Shown: positions 20,018 to 34,000 of the stretch, one piece after another | Layout: every line of letters starts with the position of its first letter | Position numbering within the stretch: position 1 is the first letter of the stretch | Origin: Bugula neritina | Lineage: Eukaryota > Animalia > Bryozoa | Reading direction: 5' to 3' | Assembly (NCBI GenBank): GCA_964035545.1 | Contig: OZ037765.1 | Location: forward strand, 30,131,504-30,195,503 | Length of the DNA stretch: 64,000 nucleotides | Made by a program: the position numbers and the translations under genes | Notes under the pieces: model-generated | The model's database searches: none | Seen by the model: only the letters and a program-made list of their open reading frames with translations | What the model was told of the DNA's origin: nothing

Positions 20018-21225
20018 TCAAATAATCTATGTTGTTTCCTACAAGAATATCATAAGGGAGTGTGTTAGTAAGCAGGTGGATATCTTTTTAGCAACACTGT
20101 AGCACAATGCCTTGCCTCAATAGAGATTTCTTAACAACTTTATAATCTATAATAATTTATCTACTCAAATATATTTATTCGAAACAAAAATTTATATTAT
20201 AATACTTTAATAAAAGTAAAGTGACAGAAAATTTTGAATAGAACGAATTTTCAAAAAAATTAGAACATTAACCAGTAGCCGTAATGTATTAAGTTTTAAA
20301 TTTATATTGACAACCAATAGTAATAATTCTAACTATTATTTCAACTTTAACTAGCTCCAGAAGTAGGAACAAATCTTATTTTAGAGTAACTGAGTAACTG
20401 TAGTGGATGACCAAGCTGAAAATCAAAGCCCAAAGACAGAATAATTAAATACAGTCAGTGTCACAGAATTAGAATAGTGGTCAATGAATTGTTCTTGTTG
20501 ATGCAAATTGTTAATTACTAAATTAGTAGTAGTAGTACTACAAATATAAATATTACTATTAGTATTTATATTGTACTTAAAGATAATTACTTGTAGTTCT
20601 ACTACCACTATGACTATCAGTATTAGACAGTTAGTAAATTAAACTATTATTAGTCTAAAAATAAATTTATCCAATTAATGTTATAAACCTGTTAATAATA
20701 ATTATTAATATTTCATTATTATTATATAATAATTATTATTATTATAATTAATTTTACTGCATTTGCTACATAGTTATAGTAAATCACTAAAATTAAAAAT
20801 AAATGTAATACTAATAACAATACTAATAGTAATAGTAATACTAATACTAATAGTAATTAGTAATACACTAATTCTAATACTTTACTAATAGTAATAGTAA
20901 TACTAATACTAATAGTCTAACACCAATGGCAATAGTAATACTAATACTAATAGTAATAGTAATACTAATAGTAATTACTAATACTTATACTAATAGTAGA
21001 TGTAATATTATTATTAGTATTACTAATGCAAATAGTATTACTGTAATACTAATAGTAATAGTTATACTTATAGTTATACTTAGCCTATAGTAATACTATT
21101 ACTAATAGTAATACTATAGTATTACTATTAGTATTACTAATTAATAGTAATACTAATACTAATAGTAATACTAATACTAATAGTAATAGTATTAGTAATA
21201 GCATTACTATTATTTTCAGACTTAC

Positions 21226-21730
21226 AGTTACACATAGCACTGTAAGCTGAAACAAAAATGTAAACCAAGATTCAGTGTTACAAAATTAATGTTGAATTAT
21301 GAGAATTCTAAGTAGCTTATTTGATTTTAAACAAAGTCTTTCAGTAAGCAACTAGGATAAGACCTTCACCCTGGGAGAAGGCATGTTCAAAACAACACTA
21401 GACTGACAAGTTATTTTCAACGTAGTCGCAAGATAACTGCAACAAGGTTATCGGAATAAATAAGTTTCACGTAGCGTTATTAAAAAGTGTTCTTTATAGG
21501 AGTTGTTTCCTTTACGAGTTATAGACACGATAACCCTAAGCTTAGATAAACCAACATTTAAAGTTATATTGCGGGGGAAACTTTAGCAATTACTTTGCCA
21601 CGTTCAATTTTATTTGGGGTTTGTCATTGATGTCTTCCTACAAAGTAAATGTGATGACCGTCTATTTTTAACAGTAGTGTGCATATTCGCTAACATATTA
21701 GAGCCTAGGCTAACACAAAACATGGCCCTA
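21226..21730. promoter_or_regulatory. Probable bidirectional promoter and 5'UTR region for DCAF12 (-) and RINT1 (+)
   Basis: CpG-containing normal-complexity island between divergent genes. A minus-strand donor GTAAGT (acttac at 21220-21225) and an acceptor at 20000-19999, just upstream of the DCAF12 ATG, suggest a 5'UTR intron. Confidence 0.55.
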
Positions 21731-22090
21731 GTAGTAAAACTATTAAGTTTAGATAATGTGAATAAATTACATTATCAATTGTGTTAACTGGCTGGTTAAT
21801 TAAAGTTCACATTAATATAATCGTGTTATAAACTCATGAATCATCTTTAATATTAGTAAATTTTCGTAGAGAAGTATAGCAATAGTAATACTAACACCAA
21901 TACTATTGGCAATAGTAACACTAACAGTAACAAACTGAAAGTCAAACAGTAACTCTGACAGTGACTAAATCAGTAAATCTAGTAGTAACACTGATAAGTA
22001 ATACGTTAACACTAATACTAATAGTAATAATATAGGTAAAAAGTCAAAATTAGGTGCATTATATTTGATGAAAATCAGTGTGATACTGAT

Positions 22091-25000
22091 ATGGATGTAA
22101 AGATTAAGAATCAAACCGTTGCAGAGTTTTTAAATTCATTACTAGATGTTAACAGTAATGACCACCTAATTAGCACTGCAAAAGTTTCTTTAAATACCTG
22201 TGAGGGCTTGGCAAACTCTCTAAAGGTGTATAAAAGTACACTTGAAGACTCTGCTGACAACCCTAAGGTAGGTTTCGCAAATACTTTAAGTTCAATCAAA
22301 TTAAATGCATTAATTATAAATTTAATTCTATAATTAATATGAATATTAATATTATTATATTTTTGTTATTAAATAAATGTTTAGCCAAGTTGGATTATTG
22401 CTATTTTTTAGTTTTAACTAAGGAGTAAATTAATTATTAATGCATGTAATTAAATTTTAGTATTAATCTTGCTTTTAGAGTAACTAGTAGCCGTAGGCTA
22501 ATGCAATTGATTAGTTGCATTTGATGCAGTAGTGAGTCACTGAGTAGCATGAACTAATTAAAAATAAAAGCCTGGTCACATGGGGGTCAAAATATCAAAT
22601 GTGAGCCAAGGCTCAAACAATTAACGGCAAACATTTCGGTATCGAGAAGATATGTTTAATGGTAATCTTTTTTTGGGTGCCTTTTGAACAAAAAGGCATT
22701 TGTTTGAATCTGCGATAAAGTGATCTTTTGGTGATTCATGGTATTGAATGCTCATGCCATACTTCGAAAATTAAAAAATTTCTAGTGCTATTTGATTTCC
22801 ATCTTTTGCGTTACCACAATCATTAGCTAGGTGACTGTAAATATCTAAAGACCGAGTCTCATCAAGACAACACATTTGTCAAAACATCTACCCTATATCA
22901 GTTTGCATGATTGCAGTCATACACTGGACAAAACTATTTTTTAGAAATTAATTGGGAATTGGACTGCAAAATCCTGCAAAAATATTTGAAAAATTATTTT
23001 CGTTTTCAATAGACATTTGATAAAAGTACTAGTATCAAATAATACTTGATTACCACAAAATGATTACCATCAAGTGTTTGACCTCTGATGAATATTGTCT
23101 GGCTGATGTTTGACATGCCATCTCCACATGACCTGGCACTTTTTTCTCTATGGCTAGCGTCAGTGTGTAGCAAAATGATATAGTATTTGTAATCATTTAG
23201 TCATTAATATACAACAAGTTGATTAAAATAGGTTTGATTTCCTAAATATTTATACCAATAATTTGCAGTTATTTAAAAGATAGCTTATAGCCTATGTCTC
23301 GAAAGTGAATAATTATTTATTTTATTTTTGAATGTTTTCCACGTATATTTATATTTGAACATAGAGTTATCTTCTTTGTTTAGGGCAATGACTCCTATAT
23401 TGTGGTGCCATCATGGAATACTAGAAACCAGTCATGTTGGCAGCATAAAGCACTGTATTTACTCTAGCAGCATATATAACTGTATAGATATACCCAAAAT
23501 ACAAACTACTAATAGCTCAGAACTAAAGAAAGTCAGTACTGGATATAGAATGCTCAAATATTGACAGTTTAGCAGTCGCTTATTTCCAATACCAGCTAAG
23601 CACTTTCTGCCGCATCACGCCAGTAGTTGCTCTAGATTGAGAAGATAACTCTATGAGCTTAAGGAGTTCGTCTACGTGTCATATAGCATTTTTGCAATGT
23701 ATTTTATATAGTAAATGTAACATTTTACTATACAATAGATACTATATAATGTATTCTATCTAACACCTAGTGTTTTATCAGCTAGCTTTAATCCCATCCA
23801 CTTACTAATAGATTATTCTCAAACATGAGGAATCACTGGCAGTAGGTAGAATTGGATAGGTCTAAATAAAACGTACCTACATGAACTGTAACTATAGCCA
23901 CTTGAAGTTTCCCCACCAAAGAATGCATAGTAGGTATAATCTTGTAGTCTGTTTTTAAAGTCTCCATCCCTGTCAGAATCTATGATGGCAAGGGTCTTTA
24001 CCAGAATTCAACCTATGACCTTGTGTTTACTGAGCTCTATGTACTAGACCAAAGCTGTAGCAACCACTACAACATTCTTTACTAATAACCTACTAGTGTC
24101 AATGTAGTGTTAACACTTTTCCATTTATTGGTGTTGCTTGGCCTTTGGAACATAACTTGTTTTACAAGATTTATCCACTCTCTATATTCATAAACTTGTA
24201 CTGAATGTTGATGTTTGTAATATAGAAAAATGGAGAAGCTACAAAAGCATCAGGCGAGAGAAAGAGAGAAGAGTTCAGTGAAGAGAAGCTGAAGGATCAG
24301 CTAGAAGATATTGAGACATCAATGAGCTCTTTAGCCCGTGATGTGACATCTCATATGGAGAGGGAGGACACATCTCTCACCAAGTTAGAAACTCTGGTTA
24401 CTAAATGTGTCCAAATTGAGAGTTGTCAGTCCTATCTCCGATGTATTGATCACATTGAACACTTGAGGTAATCATCAAACTTGTAGTTAGAGTTTATATT
24501 TAAGCATATAAAAGCCGGTATTATTATGTCTATATTACTCATCTAGCTAGCTTCTTTTTGAACGAATTGTTGCTTCATTACTTACATATAGTTAATATAT
24601 GGAAGCAATTGTGGTTTTGTTGCTAACTTGTTCGGCACTGTGCTTATTCAAGCCTTTTCTGTCAAACTTACTGTTTATCATTGTTGTAAGTCATTTACGG
24701 TATCACTCTATGGATATGCTCCTTACTTATTTTAGCTGTTCTCTTCAGTCGGCCATATTGGTTGATTCTAATGTCAAGGCTATAGACTGCTATCAAGAGA
24801 TGGTGAGTTTATTTGAGAAGTTGAGAGGCTCTACTTGTAAGAACCTTCTGGAATATCTCAAGAATACTATCAGATTCTGGTCTGCAACACTGAAAGAAAG
24901 ACTCAACAAGTATGTAAAACCTTCATTAGCTCCAATAGGCTTTACTTCATTTTTAATTATAAAGTTGCCCTCTCTTGTTGTAGTTAGTTTTGTGAGAGGA

Positions 25001-28000
25001 GACAAGTCTAAGTTTGTATAAATGTATACTAGTTATCTAGTGTGTATAATATTATTCTTTGCGTAGTTAGTTTTGTTTATGTTTATAAATCTTAAAACTA
25101 AGCAATATTTGTTCATGCAGTGTAACTCAGGGCATAAGGAAGAGTTATTTTCAACACTGAAAGACATCTATTCGATTTATATAGACAAAACTTCTACAAG
25201 TTGGAGATTCTCTCCTTAAAAACATTTATATGCGTATTTATAATGTGATTAAATAACAAGGTGCAAAACTTTTCTCAGATACTTTATATTATCTTAGAAA
25301 ACATTCATGACGAAGCAATGTTGCAATTCAAGATAAAATTGAGGATCAAAAATTTATTTTGAAATTACTTGTCAGCAAAATTTCAGTAAAGTAACCGTAA
25401 CGAAGAAATCTCAGCTGTTATATGTAGGGAGTATAGAAGCTATGGACCAATGTGTTCTGATTTGGTCAGAGGTTGCAAATTGTATGCAAATCAACTATGC
25501 AGCTCTTAAATTTGTTCCCTTTTAAAATCAAGAGCCAGCTCAATTGATCACAGCTGGTAAACTTTGTTCTGAAGCGCTAGCATAGATTTTGCTCAGTTCT
25601 TCTCACTTGACCAAACTTTAGCCTTGTCTCTGCAGTTACTATGGAGGGGGGGCTGGTGTTACCCCTCTTCATTGTTAAAGCTCGAAGTTCCTTGTCTCTG
25701 TGTGTTAGTGTGTCACATGCTTGCTTCATGCCAGCTTCTCTGGAGTTATGAATTTCATTACAGGCTGAATTATGCCATCACTCATTTTAAAGTGACTATT
25801 TAATTGTATTGTCATTTTGCTGTCTCCACCCTTTCTAGTGTTGGCTACTCTTTGTGCTTCAGTTGTTGTGATATCCGTTCGTTCTTGCAGTGTCAAAAGC
25901 CAGCACTTTCTTACCGCAACACCTTTGTGCCACTTTGAAATGTTGAAATGTCAATTTCCAAAAGAAACCATAATTATTATAAAGGGACGGAATTAAATAA
26001 TTGTCTCCCAGTGATGGGTTACTAAAGCCATCATTTTCAGTAGTTTCATGTGATTTGGTGAATGGTTGGCTCTGCGTGTTTCTTTCCATTCTGTGGAGAT
26101 GACATCCATGTTTCACGGCGGTGTTGATCACGCTGTACATATTCTGTTCTGATAGTATATCATCTCTGTTGGATGCAAACAATTCTCTGCCAGAGAGAGA
26201 GAACCTTCTGGAGACTTCCGGAATGATTTGCAGGCGTTTACTTGACCCCTAGAGCTTGCTGGTTGTTCATTCAACCAAGAAAATATATAACCTGTTATGT
26301 TTGGCTTCTGCTGTCTACAGTCTATCTTTAGCCAGTCTATCAGTGTTACAAGAGTTTCTTTTAGTTCTGCTACTTGTACCACTATTGTTAGTCTTCAGAT
26401 ATTTGCTACTACACTCTTCGGTGTTGGTGTTCACTGCAGGTCTTGTCTATGCATCATGCTGTGACTTTCCATTTCTTTGCATCAAATGTTTTTAAAGATA
26501 ATAATTGGTCAAGTTTTTGCCGATAATTGTAAAAGTATAGATTCTGAAAATACAAAATTAGAGTTGTCTGCCAACTTTGCTATAAGAGTTCATGCAGACA
26601 CAGTAGCTTCACATGTGCCCCTCCTTATAATGATATTCATTATATTCATGCTTATTATAATTTTATATTTTTGTATCCTGTTATTTTTTAACATACCCAT
26701 AAAATAGAGGCTTAGTGGTTTAAGCCTTTCTCATTATCATCTTTGAATATCTCTTATTCTCCAGGGAACTCAGTTCCGTAATGAAGTCCATGGAATGGCC
26801 ATTTGTCGCGGCTCTCAGCTCACAGAAGGCAAAGCCGTCTGCAACATCCAGTGAACCGGCCGCCATAAAGTCCAATCTTACCAGAATATTCCATCAGCTG
26901 CTCAGCATACGTCTCCCGTATCCTTTTTAAAACAAACAGTTGTTACAAAAATTACGTACCTTAGCCTGGATATGATCTTACATGCAGGTTATTGCAATTG
27001 CAGTGCTGACTGTATATACTATAAACATATTTTTTTAATTTTAGTGTATGGTTTTACTTATCGATATTCCTGCAACTATAAAATTATTTATAAGGTTTGG
27101 TAATTTTCATTTCTGTTTAATTCAGAGAATGACTCTCAGCTCAGTTTCCCTTCCATTTATCTCTTATCATTATTACGTTGTTGAAGTCACAATCACCTAT
27201 TAAGCACATTAGTAATATCGGCCTTAAACTTTTGTTCAGTAACTAAAAAAACTTATGTAAGTTTACAGTCACCATTTTTGTGAGAACCCCTGATGGGAAA
27301 GGTTTTTATAAAGGAGAGGGCTAAAGATTTGTTTTCTATTTGTGGCTAAGAAGCAATTATGACTGGATGCCCTTGTTGAGTAATTATATTGTTGAAATTG
27401 ATGTGGCTAAATTAAATATTTTAACTTTTTAATTATTATTAATATTAGTTACTCTTCTTTAACATTAGTATAAAAGCTCTGATATAGCTGAACATGTACT
27501 GCTGCACCCAATGATAGCCAGTATTTCTAATTATAAGCAACCCGTTGAACCAATAGCAATGCTAGTCGAGCCACTAAAGAAACGGTTTCAGTACCATTTC
27601 TATGGAAACAAGCCTACAAATAATATTGAAAAGGTTAGTATTTTCAGTATGAATGGCTATTCTGTTATGGTCTGTCTATTACTTGCATGTGCTGAACATT
27701 TGGTGGGATTTATTCTCTAAAATGTGCCTTTGGTGGTTAATTAATGTATAACATAAATTAGCATTCTATTTATGTTGAATAATTATGTTTTATGTCACAT
27801 TGGCTGCTCAGGTGAACATGGGATACTCCTATCACTACATGAAAACAAAAGATATTTCAGATTTGCATGTAATTTGTTTATATTAATATACAAAAAGCTA
27901 GTGCTATGCGTTTGCCTAAAAATTAGGTGTAGTTTTCATACGTCATCAATTTCTATTGTGACATTTTGCATTTCTAACATTGATTTATTGTTGTTTTTAT

Positions 28001-31000
28001 ACCAAATATCTTTTGTAGCCTGAGTGGTTCTTCACTCAACTTTTGACCTGGGCTAAGGCTCACGCAGACTGCATCACAACAGTTATTCAACCTGCACTGT
28101 GGGACGCAGGCTACGACTTTGTAAATGGACACATCGAGTTTCTCAGAAGTATATTTCCTATTTCACTAACGATAATTGTAATAGTTAAAACAACACATTT
28201 TTCAGTCTGGGATATTGTTCCAGTTATTTAGTAAGGTTATGTTTTAGTGGAAAGATGGCAATAACAGTAATATAACCTCTACCCCCTAGACACACTATGC
28301 CGTATCGTACACCGTAACGTAAAATATCAGCCATTTTCCCAAATGTCTGAGCTTCCTATACGGCGTTGCGGTACGTTAGGATTAAGCACTACTTGATTCA
28401 AACAAGTTGCGGCAGGCTCCTATTGGACAGGAAGACATTCATGTCAATTCATTGGATATAAATATCCAATGAAGTGTCTTAGATCGTACTCAATAGCGCA
28501 CTTTGAGAACTTCAGCTTGGACAGATTGAAAATGGCTGACATTTTGCGTTACGGCGTATGGTACGGCAAAGTGTGTCTAGGCGGAAGATAAGTAAACTCA
28601 ATATTTTTAATCTAATTGTTTGATATCATTTACAAAGTAGGTGTAGGTGTTAGTGTAGGTAGATAATTGTCTTAGACTATTTACTTATAAGTAGATAAGG
28701 TGGCGTGGGAGTAACTGGTGACCTACTAGATTTCTGGTTAAATGTTCAACTATGGCCCACGTTTAGATCATAAAAGGGAAAGTATTGAGCAGAATGACGC
28801 AGAAATGTGACACAACTGCATACCTATTAGTTGATCATTTTCAAATAAATGAGCCATTTGGCTTTGCTGTTCCATTAAGATGAAAGCAGACTGGTGGCTT
28901 GTTGGAGTGTTTATTCGGTTGCCTAGCAACCTACCATAGCAATATATTTAGAAATTCTTGGTGCTTGGTTTTAATAAACAATTAGGTCAACAAACCTATC
29001 AATTATCTAGAAGCAGGATTTGCCCATATTATATTTGCTGATCAATAATCAATAATAGATATTTCACAGGTTTGCACACAATAGCCATGGAGAAGTTGAT
29101 AACTTGTGTACCAGATATAATGTACGATGAACATCTGTATTCCCATCTGATCCGAGAGACTTTGTCCTTCCACAGTGACATGTGCACCGCCCATGACTAC
29201 CCGCCAGATGAACCCACCTGTCTGCACATCCTCACTGCGGAGGAAACCTTCAAAAAGTGGATCATTATTGAGAAGAAATGTGAGCTGTATTATCAGTAGT
29301 CAACAACACCAAGGCCCTTATTAAATATAAATATAAATCTATATTATATACATTTTGTTTTATAAAGAAATTATCTTTACTTCTCGTATGTAAAGTGTTG
29401 GTAATATTTCTTCCGCTAAATAAGGCCTGGCAGATATTCAAGGTGTTTTGCACAAAAGGTCAAAATTATTCTTCAAGTCTTCATTGCTTTATGATAATGA
29501 AAAAGTAATTTTTAATGTATTCATTATTCAAGAATGCTAAGATACTACACATGATGCTGAAGATTGGCCACGTCAATCTATGGTCACACGATTACCATCC
29601 AGTGTGAGAGATTATAGCATATGGCATAGGCTTTACTTCTGTCACTGTTTAGACTTGAAAATTCCTTTTTTTACTTGATATCTTGTGAAAGTTACACCTA
29701 CCTTATTTAGACAATTCATTTTCTTATGACATACACACTCAAGCTATATATTTGTTGGGACATTAAACTAGTTTTTATGCAAGTGAAATCAGGGCCAAAA
29801 GTGTGTTTCATACAAGTAAATATATGAGCCATGCTTTACCTTGAGTCACTTGTGCCAACTGGTTAATTATTGTTGCATCCTCGTTTCTGTTTGTAACTGT
29901 AAGTGCCACTGCAGTGTGGCAATGGCCTGCGGTGACTTCATTACCCTGCAAACTGCATCTTTTATATCCGACTGCTTCGTTAGTCGACTGAAAACCTACT
30001 GGAATATTCCAACTATGTCCTCATCAATATGTGTAATCCCCTTTCTTTTCTAACTTACACGCCTCCAACATAACTGGCATTTTTACACTGTAAGGGAGGT
30101 GAAAGGAGAATTGTGTTTTGTTTCAACAGTCTTTATTTTACCATTTATTATACTTGCTTCTAGTTGCTCAGGAAAAGATGGACACCATCACCTCATCTCC
30201 AACTGCCTGGACCAGTCAGTTCAATGCTGAGTTGGAAGATGATGACCAGTTTAAGGCTGTGGAGTGTGCGGAGAGCTTTATCACTCTACTGACTACCATC
30301 ACTGGTTGGTACTACTGTTAGTACTACTTCACTAGTTGGTACTACTGTTGGTAATACTTCACTGGTTGGTAGTACTGTGACTGTAACTGAGATGATTATA
30401 GACTCACTGGCCCACAGTCGCTATTACACTCACCAATGTAATGCTATACATGACATCTAGAAAGATTATAAATGGGGACATTATCTTTGATGAGGTCAGA
30501 GTAAATTAAGTAATAGCAACTAATAGCTGTACATTTCAAAGGTTTCTTCTGCAATAATAATCTCCAGCCAGTCTCACATCTGTTGAGTTCTCCAATAGCA
30601 TCAAATTTCTCTATGTGTGTCCATACTACTTCTAGGCTTACTATGTATTGCATTAGATGGCTTATGTGTGTAAGAGATATAGTAATAAATATGTATGCAT
30701 TTAGCAAGCTTTGGTAAATTTGCTTTGTAATTTCCAAGAAAATTTTATGTGTGTTACATTATTTAGTTATTTTTAGAAAAAGTTTACTCACAAGGAATTT
30801 GAGAAACCCTGATTTCAGAGGCTTTGGCAAGCAGTAGACTGTTAAATTGATTAATGGTTGAATTTGAAAGTGTGAACTAATATAATGTAAATTGCAAACT
30901 AATTAAAAGAAATTTCTCCAAAAACCCAGTGCTAATGAGTTGTTATCAAACTATGAAATGGTCAATCTCGCATCATGGCCAATCCTGACAGATTATAAAA

Positions 31001-34000
31001 GGTTGCTGCCTTGAATGCTGCCACAGTGATCCTCTTCCTCGAGTCTCTTGATTTTTCTCACAGCAGTTCACTTGTACCCCAGTATATTCACATAGTCTGA
31101 GTGGACACTAACTCTACAAATAATTATAACTAAACTGCCTCTATCCCATCTACTTGCAATATATTATTATAATATTCAATTAAGAGTTATGTTCTCTTAT
31201 GGTACGCGAGTACCAGAAAAAACGACAGTTTTCTGTACAGCTGTGGAATTATAATTACTATTTATTACGTAAAAGGTAGGGTGTGTATGGATTGAAATAT
31301 TTTTTTATTAATTTATGCAATACATGGTAATAATTATTTCTCTAGCTATTTACTGTGTATACTTGTTGATTATGTCATACCACCAAATAATTTAGCTTGT
31401 GTAATGAAAATTGTGAATTTCAAGCTGCTGATGATTGTCATCATTGTGTAAATATACTGGTCACATCTCTTCATAGCGGTGTCTAGTAAGAATTTGGGAG
31501 GGGGGCAAGTGGGACCTTAGAATTCTTCATTGTCATCCACCACTAGCTACCTGCTGTCTTTTGTCGCTTGTGTGTCACAATGCACTGCAACTACCTGCAC
31601 CAAGTTGTCATAATAGGCAGTAAAATCTGCCTAAGCAATTCTCTAAGAAGACAAACACTTAGGTGGCTGAAAAAAATTGAACTGAATTAGCTTTAGATGA
31701 TTCTCCTCTCATTTGCTTAAGTTGGGGCGGTGGTTGAGTGCTCCATACTAGTCAGGCTTATGAATCAAGGGTATAAACTTAGTTTACTGCAAACTCTGCC
31801 ATGACTGGTCCTAAACTATGTCACCTCAAGTATGGTTCTTTTATCACTTATAACATGCTATGTATTATAATATTAATATACTAAGTGTCTTACTCATGTC
31901 TTATTCTTTTGGAATATCTATGCAGCTCATCTGCTTTTATAAAAATAATATTAACATTATTTCAGGTGCGAATAAATAGAAAACATAGAAAACTAAAAAT
32001 AATCACGCTTATGGTGGCTGTTGTTAATCAACTACCCATCAATCATTGCTGTTATCAATCACGCTAATTTCTAATGCAGTTAGAATTTTCAAGTCTGCTC
32101 ACGATTTACAGAAACATATTTCTGGACATGCTTCTGGTGTCGTGATTCAATTTTTATCAAATTCTTACTTCGTTCATGTGTGACGACAATATGAAGTAAA
32201 TCAGCCATCTTTAGTGGCTGAGGAATTTTTCTCAATTTATCTGCCATCTAACTGACAGTATTAACAGATTGGTCAGGTCATCTAAATATTATTGTAATTT
32301 ATTCTGACATACAGTGTTTGTGGATACAGGACATTAATATTCCTAGAGTTGTGAGGGTTTAGAAGTGTGAGCAAGTATAATGAGTAGAAACTGCTGGGCG
32401 TACGCCAGATTGTCATGTGTGTGTCTGATGTTCTACCCTTTTCTCTAACTGGATGCTTTTGGGTAGTTAAATTATAACTTCTGGGTGTAGCCTTCAAGTG
32501 CTCCTACTTAAACAGTGAGAGTGGTGGTATGCTGAACCTAACCTGTGCCAAGGGTAGAGTTAGACTAGCCTTTATAAGTAAAGACATGGTTGAATTTCTG
32601 AAATTCCTTCAGAAATTGAAAATATTGTCTTTCTAATTTTGGTGTAATAGAGGTGTCTGAAGTTAAGGTTGATAGTGCTTGTGCAAGTTTTACCGAGTAG
32701 GTGTAATCACTTGTAGCTGAAACCACTTGAAAACAACAGTTTTTTCCAATTAAACCTCTTAGTGTTTGCACTTCCCTTGATGTGAGTCTTCCTTGTTGGT
32801 AAAGGTTGCTGCGATGTGTCTCAAGTGGTGATGCCTGTTTTGGATTTGTTGTTAAAAAGTTTCAAGCAGTATGTTCAATTTAACATTTATACAGACTAAA
32901 AGCTACTAATACTTGAGTTTAGTTACATTCTCATATGAAAGCTATTTGCAATTCACACAATTTATAGTTGGAAATTAGAGGTTTCTACCTCATCATGACT
33001 ATTGACTGTTTAGCAACTCTTTGGTTTGTAGAGCTCAGATAATGATGCAATTTATTTCAAAACGAATTTCCTTCAGTTACCACACTGAGACAATTTCTAG
33101 TTTAAACCGTAACCTTAGTTTGACATTGAAATGTCTCGAAGTGAGACCTTATTCAGACCAACCTGAAAGTTCAATGTTAGCTAACTTACAACTAACTCTC
33201 TGTATACACCCGTGTCAGTAGTGGAGAAATTGATATAGCCTAAGTTCTTTAAATTTATTTGTAAATTTTGGTTTGGGGCATGGGTTGAAATTCTTGGGAG
33301 AACATAACTTCTTTCCTTACATTTTTAATCTAGAACTCAGGCTTTTCTCAATTTCTACATTACTGCACCTACCTCTGCATTAAGTTGTGTGATGGGGGTT
33401 ATGTAAGAACGTTATATGACATTTGACTTATTACTTACATTTTAGGTATTAAAAATAGCACTTAACTCATTCAGCATTTTCTGTGTATTTGTTACAGAGC
33501 GCTACGAGCACCTGCCCTACGCTGTCTGTCAGCTCATGTTAGTGTGTATGAAGCAAGAACTGCTGGAGGACTTCAGGGTTCGGTTGGTGCAGTTGAGGAA
33601 GGAGTTCTCCACCACCAGCGCTCCGTACCTCGCTATTCTCAACACTTCACGCTACATCGTCTCTTTCCTGAAGGAGTGGACGGAGCGACCAGTTAGTATT
33701 AGTGAACGTGTAAACTAGTTAATCCTGTCTACAGAGTTTGTATTATATGTGTGTACTGTGTGTTTGCCAGCTGTTTAGTAGTAAGGCAAAACTTGGTGAC
33801 TGAAGATAAATTAGAGGAAAGTATACTTGAAAACTACACCAGGAAAAAAATAAAAAGCACAGCTGTTGTAGTATGTTGTGTAAAAATTGCAACGCATATT
33901 TATAGATGATATAAAGTGTGTTTTCTGGTAAATTGAGATGTTACTGAGCCTGAGCATTAGTTGAGAGTAGATAAAAAGTCGGCCATTACAGGTACTTGTT

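Noticed and set aside
28149-29069. Second U12 intron in RINT1 (donor GTATATTT)
   Set aside because: Lacks the CC of GTATCC and has no CCTTAAC-like branch point near the acceptor; treated as a U2 intron.
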